Below, piece after piece: positions 25,166 to 36,530 of a DNA stretch of 64,000 nucleotides. Location of the stretch: positions 5,580,001 through 5,644,000 of the forward strand of contig CM068750.1 in assembly GCA_035084275.1 (NCBI GenBank), in the 5' to 3' direction. Made by a program: the position numbers and the translations under genes. Each line of letters opens with the position of its first letter. Within the stretch, counting starts at the first letter, position 1. This DNA is from Hydrolagus colliei (taxonomy: Eukaryota). The notes below the pieces were generated by a model. It had not been told where the DNA came from and did not search any database. It worked only from the letters and a program-made list of their open reading frames with translations.

Positions 25166-25989
25166 TTGTATTTTCTCAACATGATTTGATGGCTTAATTT
25201 CTAGATCTCACTTCTCAGTGTCTACACTTTCATGATTGTTATTCAAAGGTTAAGTCATTACATTGTATGTTGACCTATGTACAGGAACATAGTTGCAAAT
25301 CTGTACCTCAGATTTCTAAAGTCACAAATAAGAATTACAGATGTTACCAGACATAATTCAACTTCACCATGATTCATTTTGCACAAAATTGCAACAATTT
25401 CCACTGGATCTGTTACTCTGAGGATTCAACCTGATGAAATACTGTATTTGCCTAAAAGCTTGCTAGTTTTGTACGATAATATTGTAAAGATATAATTCTG
25501 AAATAAGAAGTAGATATCCAAATTCTACTTGCTGTTGAATATCATTTTAATTATGCTTTCTGATGGTGTATATTATAAACCAAGTCCACATTTGATTGTG
25601 AGTGAAGGTAAACTGGAAATTGACTGGTGACCTGATCTTCAAGGTAGATTTATTCAACCCATCTAGAGGTAATTCAAAGTCTGAAAGTTGTTTACATCAC
25701 AAGATCTTAGCAAGAAGAAGGTATATGAGCTCAAATACTATATCCTGGTTCTACATTTAAATGTTCTCCGACAGGTAATTTCAATGCAGGTAATTTAAGA
25801 ACTTGCATTACTTAAAATAGGAATTCAAAACTAATTTGGGTCACTTGTGTGGGAAGAGGACTCAAACAAATAAGAGCTGTAAGTAAGAAGAAGCTAATTA
25901 ATTTCAATATTGGAGGATCCATGATTGGCAGGCTTGAGAGACAAAATTGGTTCACTGCTAGGCCTTTAATAGATTGCATAAATGATCAC

Positions 25990-26170
25990 GAAAGGGTGAA
26001 GAAGGCCCATTTGATCTCATCCTTCCAGGACAACAACCATGCTATGCTCCTATTGCAACATCAAGCTGTTATCTAAAAAAAATTAGGCCAAAGCCCTGGC
26101 CTGAACTATCCTTACTAGACATGAACTACTCTCTGGATGAAGAAATAACTTCCTGGTGTCTGTCCTAAAA
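25990..26170 (-). mobile_element. CR1 3'-end remnant
   Basis: aaggcccatttgatctcatccttcca...ctctctggatgaagaaataacttcctg (antisense CR1 end). Confidence 0.5.
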
Positions 26171-26233
26171 GGAATTCCACACATTTCCTCAGCAGAACAG
26201 TTTACACCATGAATCTCCCCTCAACGTCCTGAC

Positions 26234-26307
26234 TGTTTAGTGCTTTGGAACATCCTCCCAACGTGAAAGGCGCTCTATAAATGTAATTTTGTTGTTGGTA
26301 TTGTTGT
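26234..26307 (+). mobile_element. L2 3' tail
   Basis: gaacatcctcccaacgtgaaaggcgctctataaatgtaattttgttgtt. Confidence 0.85.
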
Positions 26308-26714
26308 TAATAATGCTCAGAAATGTCTCTCTTCAGCACTTTGGAGAGCAGAGAAGAAAGCCAAATTGATTTAAAATAACACCACAAACTGCAGAAAGGA
26401 AAACCACTTGTTTGTCTTTTACAGGTGCAGTTTGGATGGGGCTCATTCCATATCTCCTTCCACTGCTCATCTGTGAAGTTGCAATTCAAACCTCTCTCCC
26501 ATATGACTTTCTGAATTGTTATGTTTCACTGCAATAGCTATACCATGTATTAATGCGAAACCTTAAAACTGCTGCTGTAAATTATAATGTAGAGAAACAA
26601 GTGTGACCGTACAAGTTGTCCTTTTGTTTTTGCTTTAAAAATCCAACTGAATTGTCCTCCTGGCAGTGCGAGCATCTGAAATGCCTACAGGAAGAATTCT
26701 TCCTTCTTATAGAT

Positions 26715-27046
26715 CCCCATTATAAATGTCCCCCGCCCGAATCGCCCCACCATCGGAGGCAGGGCCTTCAGTTTCTCCGCTCCCACCCTGTGGAATTCCA
26801 TCCCCCAATCCTTCCGCCTTGTTTCCTCCCTTTCCTCTTTCAAGGCCGGTTTGAAGACTTTCCTCTTCGACCGTGCCTTTTCTTTCCCCCCCCCCCCGAA
26901 TTTGTCGACCTCCCCTACATGTTTCACCCCTTCCCGAACACTCCCCTCCCAGCTCGGGTCACACGCCTCCTGTGCAGCGCCTTGGGACGTCCTCCCGATG
27001 TGAAAGGCACTTTATAAGTTTAAATTGTTGTTGTTGTTGTTGTTGT
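26715..27046 (+). mobile_element. L2 LINE 3' end (ORF2 C-terminus, 3'UTR and (TTG)n tail)
   Basis: Translates VPRPNRPTIGGRAFSFSAPTLWNSIPQSFRLVSSLSSFKAGLKTFLFDRAF, the canonical L2/CR1-clade ORF2 end; CpG-rich, so relatively young. Confidence 0.93.
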
Positions 27047-27685
27047 CTCAGGGTCAAATCACAAATTAAAGTTTCCCATTCCCAATGGAGCAATGGGATT
27101 CTTTATTGCACATTGAACAGGGAAGGAGAGGCAGCAGTTACTTTGATATTTTATCCAATTTGGCACTATCGAAGAAAATAGGTGTGAAACCAATTCCAAT
27201 TCAAAGTAAAATGGGATGACAGAACCTCAGTTGTGATATGGCCCAATTATTGTCCATTTCGACTGAATATTCAAAGCCCAATTTGAAAGCATCACAATGC
27301 ATCAATGAACGTCTTTGACATATCAGTATGTGTGAAACGTTCAAATAATTCAATGAGCAAATAATTCAAAGTTTTAACTTTAATTCTTTAATTAAACAAA
27401 AATATCGCACTGGAGTAATAAAGCATGCTCTGGTGAGCTTAGTGTTAAGGATTGAGGATTTCCTAGCATCAATACACAACAACAAGACATCGTAATGAAC
27501 ACATAATTCAGCCGGAAGATAATATGATGAAAGAAAAAACAAGGTTATCAACATCCTTCATTTATAATATTACATATATTTTTCAGAGCACATGTGTGGC
27601 TGAATTAGCAGATTGAGCAGAATGGTATGCAAAATGCTGTATTTATGATACCATTTGCTGTGTAATGAAATTAAATGAAAAGCCA

Positions 27686-27896
27686 CACAATTGATGGGTG
27701 GGCCTTCAGCAACCCTGGTCTCTGGAACTCTCAGCTTACATCTCTGTGCCATATAACCTTTTCCTTCACTTTCAAACCCTTTCTAAACACCTGCCTCTCC
27801 GTCATCTTCCCCTTACTCCTCCCATCTCTTACTCTGAGAAGCGTTTTGAGACGTTTGACTCTGTGAAAGGCGATATATAAATGCAAGTCATTGTTT
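27686..27896 (+). mobile_element. Older L2 3' end
   Basis: TIDGWAFSNPGLWNSQ...FKPFLNT, then gtgaaaggcgatatataaatgcaag. Confidence 0.75.
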
Positions 27897-27970
27897 AAGA
27901 AATTCTCTGTTTTTTTTCGTTTTCAAATGACTTAATGGTCTTAATGGACTTAAAGCAGATGCCATATCAT

Positions 27971-28088
27971 TAAAAAAAACTTTGCATTTGAATATTGTGC
28001 CTTATCACACTGTTGAAATGTCTCAAAGGTATAATATATACATAGTATACTGTAAAGTGAATTGACCATATACTTTGTGGGTGAAAGC
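27971..28088 (-). mobile_element. Major SINE tail fragment
   Basis: ttgcatttga...gtctcaaag...actgtaaagtgaattgac...tgtgggtgaaa. Confidence 0.7.
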
Positions 28089-29309
28089 AGACATGTAAAG
28101 ATTACATGAGGTTACTGTCGGCTTTCAAAGAAATTAACATTTGCTATGACAAAAAGCAGATCCAGAACAAATGCAATTTGAAATAATTATTTTTTTGGAA
28201 CCAAGCACGTTCAACGATGGGATCTTCAATTTCTGCACTAGTCAAACTAAAGTAGGAAAATTGGCAGCAATGATTTAACTCGGAAGTGAGCGAGATATAG
28301 ATCAGCTCCACATTTACATGCAGGCAATTGGAGATGTTGAATTTCATTCTCCTCTTCTTTTTTTACCCCCTAATGAGGTTGGATATCTCATGATTAAGAT
28401 AATTAAAACGCTTACCGGGGACTAAAATTGGTGACATCTGAAACAAATACAATAAGCAGGATAAGATATTTATCTCAAGAACACTAACACACTTCCCAAG
28501 AGACAGGGGACCATTTGATTAGATGTATTTCATCGCTTTATGTAGGGGAGGGAGAATCATTTATACATAGGCTCACAAAGGATGGTATTATGATTACCCC
28601 AAGGTATTTAAATCCCCTGCCTGACCATCTGAATTTAACATTTGCAGGCCCATTGGACAAAACTAGCTACAGCTAATACAGGGACCTGCCTTCTGAGTTT
28701 TTCATATTTATTTTGGAGAGTACAGTGGGATCTGAATTGCTGAATGGCTTCAAACCCTTTGGCAGAGCAGTCACTGGCTTTGCAACACATCTTCTGCACA
28801 AAGTGAGATTCTCCCCTCTCTTTCCCCCGACCACAAATATATTCCTTTGATGTTTTGGTCGGAGGTGGGGGGTGGGGGGGGGGGGGGGGGGAAAGCAGGA
28901 ACCACCGCAGGCTTGAACGACTGCAGGCAATAATGGAAAGGAAAGGAAATCAGGCATTCCTGGTGAATCCCTCAGTGCATCATAAAATCTGGCGAGTGCA
29001 CACCATTAGCAGTCGCCAGAGCCCCAGGGTTATTGTTCAATGCCTAAACCTCCTGAATTAAACAATTTCAGCTCTTCGGAATGTTGATTTGAAAGCATTA
29101 TTTTTCCTTATCCAAAAGGCAACACTAGCTGTGATATTCCACGTATTTTGTTTCATGCCTCCTGCATTTCCCCTTAGAGCACATACCATTCTTTGATCAG
29201 AGCAGTTTACTGGACACCTGTCGAGACATCTGCTCATGGCATTTATTAGTAATGTAATATTATTCTGTAATGGCAGCATATCGTACCAGTGTGGCACTGA
29301 TGTGTGCTG

Positions 29310-29401
29310 ACTTAACTTAGACGGTAGCTAAAGTGTTATAATTGATTTAGCATCTCAAGGTGAGGAAGAAAAAACTACCAGCCAGGACACCTGCTTCTTA
29401 T
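29310..29401 (+). mobile_element. AmnSINE2/Nin-like SINE fragment abutting a younger SINE
   Basis: tataattg...ggtgaggaagaaaaaactaccagccaggacacctgcttctta resembles the 17625 element. Confidence 0.4.
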
Positions 29402-29774
29402 CCTCCTGTAGCTCATTGGTTAGAGCACTCCCATGGCAAGTGAGAGATCTGGGTTCTATTCCCGGCAGGACAAAATGTTGGGCAAGTTTCCTTACTCCAA
29501 ATGCCCTGTTTAACTAGCAGTAAGTAGGAACCTGGTTATTAGTCAATTGGCAGATCACTTTTCTGGGGATAAGATTCCTTTAGGAAAATAAGAAGAAGAG
29601 TTTGGTCACTCAATGCATGACTGTGGGAATGCTATGCACAATTGGCTGCCGCGTTTCACCCACAAATATACAGTTGATTCACTTTACAATGAAGCAGTTT
29701 CAGATGTCCAGAAGACGTGAATAGCACTATATATATAAATGCAAGTAGTTTTAGCAATAATATTATTATTATTA
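29402..29774 (+). mobile_element. Long variant of the major SINE retaining an extra central segment
   Basis: Same head and tail as other copies, plus ccctgtttaactagcagtaagtaggaacctggttattagtcaattggcagatcac (~29504-29558), which is absent from them. Confidence 0.88.
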
Positions 29775-30549
29775 TCCCACCAGCTGGTAATGCTATTGTG
29801 TGGAGTTCAGGTGAGAAAAGAATCAGGTTTGTGGCTATATTCTTCACTGTAGTCAAATATCTAGCCCAAATTCCTGTGATTTAAATGTGTGCAAAAAAAA
29901 CTGCGAATAATAAACCCTATAGGTATCGAGAACTATCTCTAGGGAACTCCATTCATACCGCAATCTCAGTTTCAAGTTCCTAGTAACCAGATTAGAACCA
30001 AAATACACCCGGGCATCTGGTGAGCAAATTGGCTTCTGAGTGGAGTTCCAGAAGGTTGTTTGGGATACAGTTTGCATGGATTTGCCATTCACAAACCTTT
30101 TTGCAAGTTAGACTCCACTGCCGAGGCTAGCGCAAGATGAATGGATACTTCAGCAGGGAACACAAGAACATTCATGCTCACATTTAAATCAGTGTCTCTG
30201 TGAGAGGAAGACGCGGGGAAATAAATGCCAAAGAAATAAGGTACTGACTACAGCTGCGGTTTGCTGCTTTTCTCTGTATTTAGAGCTCAGCAGGCCGTGG
30301 CTCTTAGCCCGACTGACAGAGAGCGCAGCTGAAATCTAAAATGTGTGACTTGGGCTCTGATATTAAAAAAAAATGTTGATCTCTTTCCAATAGCAGTCAA
30401 AGCATTTATTGTAATACTGTAGTATGATTTATAGGCTGGGGTTCAAATAAATACAGAAATGAAAAGTGATGACAATAAATAACTCGGCTAACTTTCTATT
30501 TCTATCTCAAACATTGGATGGGGATTCAATCGACTTCTTTATGTCGTAA

Positions 30550-31200
30550 TGTTATTGAAAAGAATGCTCAGCCTTGTGACACTGGAGTTCCAATGCCGCA
30601 CTTTCCTTACAGCACTGATGACAGCAGCAGAACTGTCTTTCATTGTACTGCAACCTGAAAAAGCCTAGATTACCGAACGTTAATGTTTGGATACAACAGA
30701 AGATAACGAACTTTCGACAAAGTGTTGTGAGGTCCAAAACATTCAACAGCACATTTACATGAGGAAACAGAGCTGGAATCACTTCATATCCTCCAAAGTT
30801 TACATTGCAACAGGTCGATTAGAAGCTCCAGTTTCCTAAAATATCCATTTACTTTTCGTCACTAAGATACTTAAATAGATTCCAACCCATCAACGAATTA
30901 ACGAAACTTTGGACAAACATCTAAACTATGACCGTGACAATAAATCTTTGCCTCAGCTGAACGAATGCTTAGATGAGTGTGGTGTTTGTGTGGGCTCAAG
31001 AGCTTGAAATAAAAGAACTAGATTTTCTGTCCTCGAATTGGATTCACCCCAAGGTTTGTGATTGTTCACGACAATTAGATTCCTGTGTAGTATTTCGATG
31101 TGCAGTTTGCTAAACTGTTGCCACAGACATGAGAAAGCCTGTGTATCATTCAGCAAGCTTCAAATAGTTTAGAACATGAATAGTCTCATTGTGTCATGAT
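30550..31200 (+). mobile_element. Possible decayed DNA-transposon coding relic (Cys-rich)
   Basis: LNECLDECGVCVG...(frameshift) WIHPKVCDCSRQLDSCVVFRCAVC; elevated CpG; no TIRs found. Confidence 0.25.
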
Positions 31201-34065
31201 ATCCTGCTGGCGACATGACTTCTCAAGTACTTCTCACATCTCCTACAATCTCTTCGCTTTTTGTTCTTAAAAAATACATTTTTAGCCAATTTGCTCGCAA
31301 GTCATATGAGGGACTTCAGTGCTAGGAAACTGAATATTTTTTGTACTATTGGCAGCTGGTGTCAGCACCAACCCACACCACCAGCTCAGGTCTGGCACCA
31401 TTACATTGTATACTTGTGGCCGGATGATCATGGCAGCAATAAATGTACGGTAACACTACTGAGCCTTGCCCCTTCTTACCTGCAGTCAGGAGGTCATCTC
31501 AATCTTATTGTACTGTACACTGCCACTGTTATCTGCAGTTTTCACCGGGTTTGCCATTTATTTATGTTGCTTTGTTTAAAACCCCAGAGTGACCTTGTGC
31601 ATTGCTAGTTATTTTCTACAGATTTAAAAGAGATGAATGTGCTGCCAAGTCTTTCCCACTGCAACAATCGCAGGTTTCATTTGTGTATCAAATGCAATTA
31701 TTATTATTATTATTATTAATCCAGCTGTTGATTAGCTGCCTGTGTAAAGAAGTGCTTCCTTAGCAACTGACCTAAACCTATTCAACACAACCATAAACCT
31801 CTTTTCTACTGTTTCAGGATACAAAATTGTGTCTTACATTCAGTATATCCCATTCGCCAACTGACGTATTGCTAAAGTCCCATAATCACAATGAGTTTAG
31901 CACCTGGACTACTGTTGCAGTTTCTGGTAATCAGCTCACTCTGTGGAAAACGACGACTTTATATTTACATAACCCCCTTTCATGGGGGGGGGAAGTGTTT
32001 TAGAACTGGTGTCTATTGCCAAAAGAATCCCTCTAACCAGAGTGTTGAACAAACATTGCACTGAACTCAGTCACTCAGCCATCATTCCCTATATTGGTAA
32101 AAAAAATCAGTACATCAGTCTGCTTCCTACTCATACTACCACACAAAGTATGCCGATAAAGAGCTGCATAATACAGTGCCAAAGTTGAGTAAACCAGCAT
32201 CAAGAATAGTTTAGCACCTATTTCTCCAGAGTACTCCCTACTATTCCAGCATGCCAATTGCATTTCCTGCATTAGCTTGCCATCATTTCGGCTTATAATA
32301 ATACCAGTAATTATTTGATAAAGCATCTTATCATCAAAATGCCTTGAAGCTCTTCATGGGCTTTCTCTGTAAAGTGTCGTGACTGTGTATTTGTAGGCTT
32401 GAGAGCTCAGTATCTAATATCTAGTGCCAAATTACAGGGAATCCAGTGCTATTGACTTATGCACTCTAGGATGGCTATGTACAGTACAGTATAACCATTC
32501 CAAACACATTGCTACATCAAAGAGCAGCTTTCATCTCATCCATCTGGACTGAACTCAAATCACTTGCTCCCCAAACTGTTATGTTTCTGCTTCACTTACT
32601 AATTGAATAATCGCTGCACCCTTCTTCGGGCTGAAGGCATCAGCCGTGAAAACAATAATGTACCTGGTGGGAGATTTACTTTACTACGGCAAAATACACA
32701 GAGGTACCAGGAGTCAAAAGTGTCAGAGGAGTTTGAAATTCTGGCCCAAAGCTTTCAGGGGGTCCCATGATACATTTTTAGAAGCTTATGAGTCGGCACT
32801 GTTGAAGGCAGTGCGCAGGTTTTTCTGAAGTGAATTTGTCTAGTTCGGCATCAAAGGGCTGAATTCCGGGAGGGTCTCACTGATACTCCCTTGTTAAAAT
32901 ATCAAAAGGCTGAGCTTTTCTAAAGAAAAAATCAGGAGACCAACACATAGCCCGAGCCTCAGAGTAACTGAAGCTTTGAATACAGAATATTCTATTTGCT
33001 TGAAGAGCCACTCATTTCATGAGTCGCACGTTAGATCTCAGCTGATTGTCAGTAGCGTGTGCTATACTCAGTTATGCATATAGGTACTAGATACTTGGCA
33101 ATTAGAAACTGTTCATCTAGTCAGCATTGCTTAATATATTAACTTGATAAAGACTTAAATAGCTGTGATTAGGCTGCACTTGCAGCCCGCTTTATTGTAA
33201 ATCACTTGAAATCTAGATTTGAAGGACATCTCAATGCAAATAAAAGTCCTGAATTATTCACTGAAATCCTCAAATCGGAATTTAGATTTTTTTTCAAAAT
33301 CCATATTTTGCCCCTGTCGGCGTTCCTGCCCCCCTAGTCTCCCACCTTTGCTGCTATTAACCTCCTGCTGGTTTTACTGAGCAGGTTCACAGGCTCCCCC
33401 GTAGCTCATGAGCAGCCTGGCTGAGCTGGTTCCTCATCTGTATGGCAGACAGCTTGCCTCCTGACAATTGAGGGAACACTAACTACAGTGACGTACAGCT
33501 CAGTTTGATGGTGGTAAAGATCGAAGAAAGATAAAGACTGAAAAGTTGATACTTTAAAATTAACAGATCAGTCAGAATGATCAAATAGGAAACAACAGAT
33601 AGAAATAGAATAGATAATAATAATAATAATCCTTGCATTTGATGTCCACAATACAAATAGAATACATATTACAATTCATCTACACACTAACTACTGGCCT
33701 ATTTCACAGGCAATATTTCTGAATAGCCATTATTTTGAAGGATGCCATTTAAACGGGGGTGGGGGGGGGAATAATGGACTTCAAATGCATGCTTTGAAGT
33801 TGGGTAGCTAATTACTTCACAAATAACAGGGCAAGACAAACATGCAACGGTCTTCCGCTCCAGAGTCCAATGCAGTGGCAAGGAAAATAGGCAAGGAATG
33901 TTCCCCTGAAGCATCCAGCCGTGGCCTTTAGGTGGATGTATGGAAAATTCTCAAGCATATTATGTGGAGAGGCGGTGTGGAGTGCGACAGGTAGAGAGAT
34001 GGAGCAGGTGGTATGAGGGAGGACAGAGACTAATGGGAAGAGAGCTGGAGCAGGAAATATGATGC

Positions 34066-34376
34066 ACAACAACAACAAATTACATTTGTATAGTCTTTCA
34101 CATCGGAGGACACACACACAAATGCACGACCCGAGGTACTGGACAGTCAGGGATTTTGACCCATGCAGGGATTTGTTTAAGGGGTGGTGGGGGGTAGAGA
34201 GAGTAGGGGTACGAAGGTGGCCAAATGTGCGGTCGAAGAGCAGAGTCTTGAGACGTGTTTTGAAGGAGGCAAGGGAGGAAGCAAGGTGACGGGAGTGTGG
34301 GATGGAATACCAAAGGGTGAGGGCAGAGAGGCTGAAGGCTCCACTGCCGATGGAGAGTGATGAGAAGGTGGTGCCA
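34066..34376 (-). mobile_element. L2 LINE 3' end
   Basis: Minus ORF SIGSGAFSLSALTLWYSIPHSRHLASSLASFKTRLKTLLFDRTF plus a (TTG)n tail. Confidence 0.92.
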
Positions 34377-34486
34377 CTCATGACCCATCGCTCTCCCAGT
34401 TGGGAAATATGGCTTGGCTACTGGTCTCACGCATGTGCGAAATGATAAACTGAATAGGTTTCGTTCCTAAGTGTCAAATTAAAGTA

Positions 34487-34708
34487 CAGTAAAAGCCCAT
34501 TTATCCGTGACCTGATCAACCGTAACTTCCGTATAACCGGCACCGAAAAAAAAAGGTCTGCATTTGATTAACCGGAATTTATCCAGCACAATGTATATAT
34601 ATATTTTTTAATTTATTGATTTTTTATTGTTTGCGGTCGAATATCCGGCACGCGCATTAACCGGCATTGGCCAGGTCCCGAGGGTGCCAAATAAATGGGC
34701 TTTTACTG
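34487..34708. mobile_element. Tc1/mariner (Tigger/pogo-like) MITE, 222 bp
   Basis: Perfect 18-bp TIR cagtaaaagcccatttat / ataaatgggcttttactg, flanked by TA on both sides; internal taaccgg repeats; CpG-rich. Confidence 0.93.
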
Positions 34709-35629
34709 TAAATTGTTTTGAAAAACTAATCTGCGCAAGGCCAGAGTTCAGAGGTTGTGACTGAGATGCATTTTCAGCATTTCAGTATTTCTAAAACACA
34801 GTGCCTTGGTTTATTTATTTGAATGTATTGCCCACCTTAAAATTGCTCCTTTTAATAATGCTTTACATAATTATTATTGCACTCCATCTCGGATCTATCT
34901 GATAATGGCAGTGGTGTGCTTCACCCAAACCATAAAAGGAAATATCAAATTTTGGCCGCTTTTTATTAGCTGATCTCAATAGTGCAATAAATATAATCAA
35001 GCAGAATATGCCTCTAGGCAGATAGAGCTCTTCCTAACACAATACCAGGCTGCTTTGGGTGGGAATTAACACACTCTTCACCTTCTAAAGCGCTGCAGCA
35101 TGTCCAAACCCTGACTCACTATATGTGCTTAGGGGAAGATAATCATTCACAAACCAAGCCTCTGTTGGCAGGAATAATGTGGATTATGTCTTTTTTTGCC
35201 GTTCTGTTTCTTTACAATACAACTTTAAACAGAAGATACTCACCGAGTTATTTAATTTCTGGTCACCCTAGTGTCCTCACACTCACTGAAACCTTTTGCT
35301 ATACTTAAGTGCAGCAAACCCATATATACATTGAGATTTCCTCTCTGTAGTACCCAAGGTTGTCAGCGTTGCATATATTCTCCCTGTTCACATCACAGAC
35401 CAGGTTCCACAGCACAAGCTACGGGAGGGAAGCAACCATACATGAACACAGCAAATTCCTCTGAGCTAGAACTCTTCCTGATCTCTATGGAGGGTTTGTG
35501 AGAGTCAGCTGGTTAGCTAGGAGGCAGGCTGGTAGCTGAGATGCCTATAGTCAGAACGCAATGAAATGTGATGCAACTGGAGAAAACAGGGCACAGGCCT
35601 CTCATTTTCTGGTTGTAGTTCAGATATAA

Positions 35630-35785
35630 TTGGTCATTGACTTTGATACTGTTTGTGGGACATAGCTGTGCACAAATTAGTTCTTGTATTCACTTACAAA
35701 ATATTTTGTTTCACAGCTAAATCCTGTGAAGCGCTTTAAGATGATCCTTGCATTTGATATGCCTTAATCATCTCAAAGCACTTAA
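35630..35785. mobile_element. Two major-SINE 3' fragments fused tail-to-tail
   Basis: Plus fragment ...gtgaagcgctttaagatg is immediately followed by minus tail atccttgcatttgatat..catctcaaagcactt. Confidence 0.7.
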
Positions 35786-36449
35786 ACTTTTAATATTTCA
35801 GATTGCTTCAAAACAAATACTACATTCCTGCATAATATGTGCACTTATATTAAAGCTATCTGGGGAAAAGGAATTCAAAGTGAATCCAACGCACGCTCAC
35901 AAACAAAAATCATGTTTAACAACACCCAGTAGGGAAATGCCAAAGAAAATAAAAAGCCATTTAAAATCTCAGTTGCTTTCAACATTTTGTCTGGGTTTTC
36001 AAACAACAGATTTTCTGCAGTTAAAAAATAAATGGTTTGTGTAAATAGGAAAGCTTCAAACAATTCTTATCTCAACATCTAGAGTGGATTTAGCAATTTT
36101 TACACTGCAGTTCGTGAAAAAAATGTAATTAGGAATATATATTTGGTGCAATGCTCGTCAAGAATCACTGCTAATAATTGACTGTACACAGAGAAGCATA
36201 ACATTATGAGGGATACACAAGACCAAATAAAGGTTGATCTAACATCATAAACTATGACAGGGCAGCACAGGCTTTTTGTCATGTAAAGCCACAAATTAAG
36301 GAAATTGCCCTCAGTTCCCACGTAACTTTCTTGTTTTATATTAAACAGAATAAAGTTTAACTTGTTGATGAAATGTTCACAAGAGTAATCCCATTAAGAG
36401 TGCTTTGGTTTCACTCAGTTACCAATCCACCCTCGCATATTAAGAATGG

Positions 36450-36530
36450 TATATCAGGCGTTGAGTCTGGGAAGCTAACACTCCAGTGTAGTATTGGAGC
36501 AGTTCTGCATATGATATCTTGCAGAGCAGG
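36450..36530 (+). mobile_element. Deu-domain SINE remnant
   Basis: gctaacactccagtgtagtattggagcagttctgca resembles the recalled gctgacactccagtgcagtactgagggagtgctgca. Confidence 0.45.

Noticed and set aside
26616-27181. Pro-rich and poly-Cys ORFs
   Set aside because: Off-frame translations of the L2 3' end and its (TTG)n tail.
29960-30110. CR1 RT-like LSGVPEG motif
   Set aside because: Too short and degenerate to call.
33812-34381. 189-aa ORF, the longest in the window
   Set aside because: Its N-terminal part is a truncated L2 ORF2 end and the rest is 3'UTR and flank read-through.
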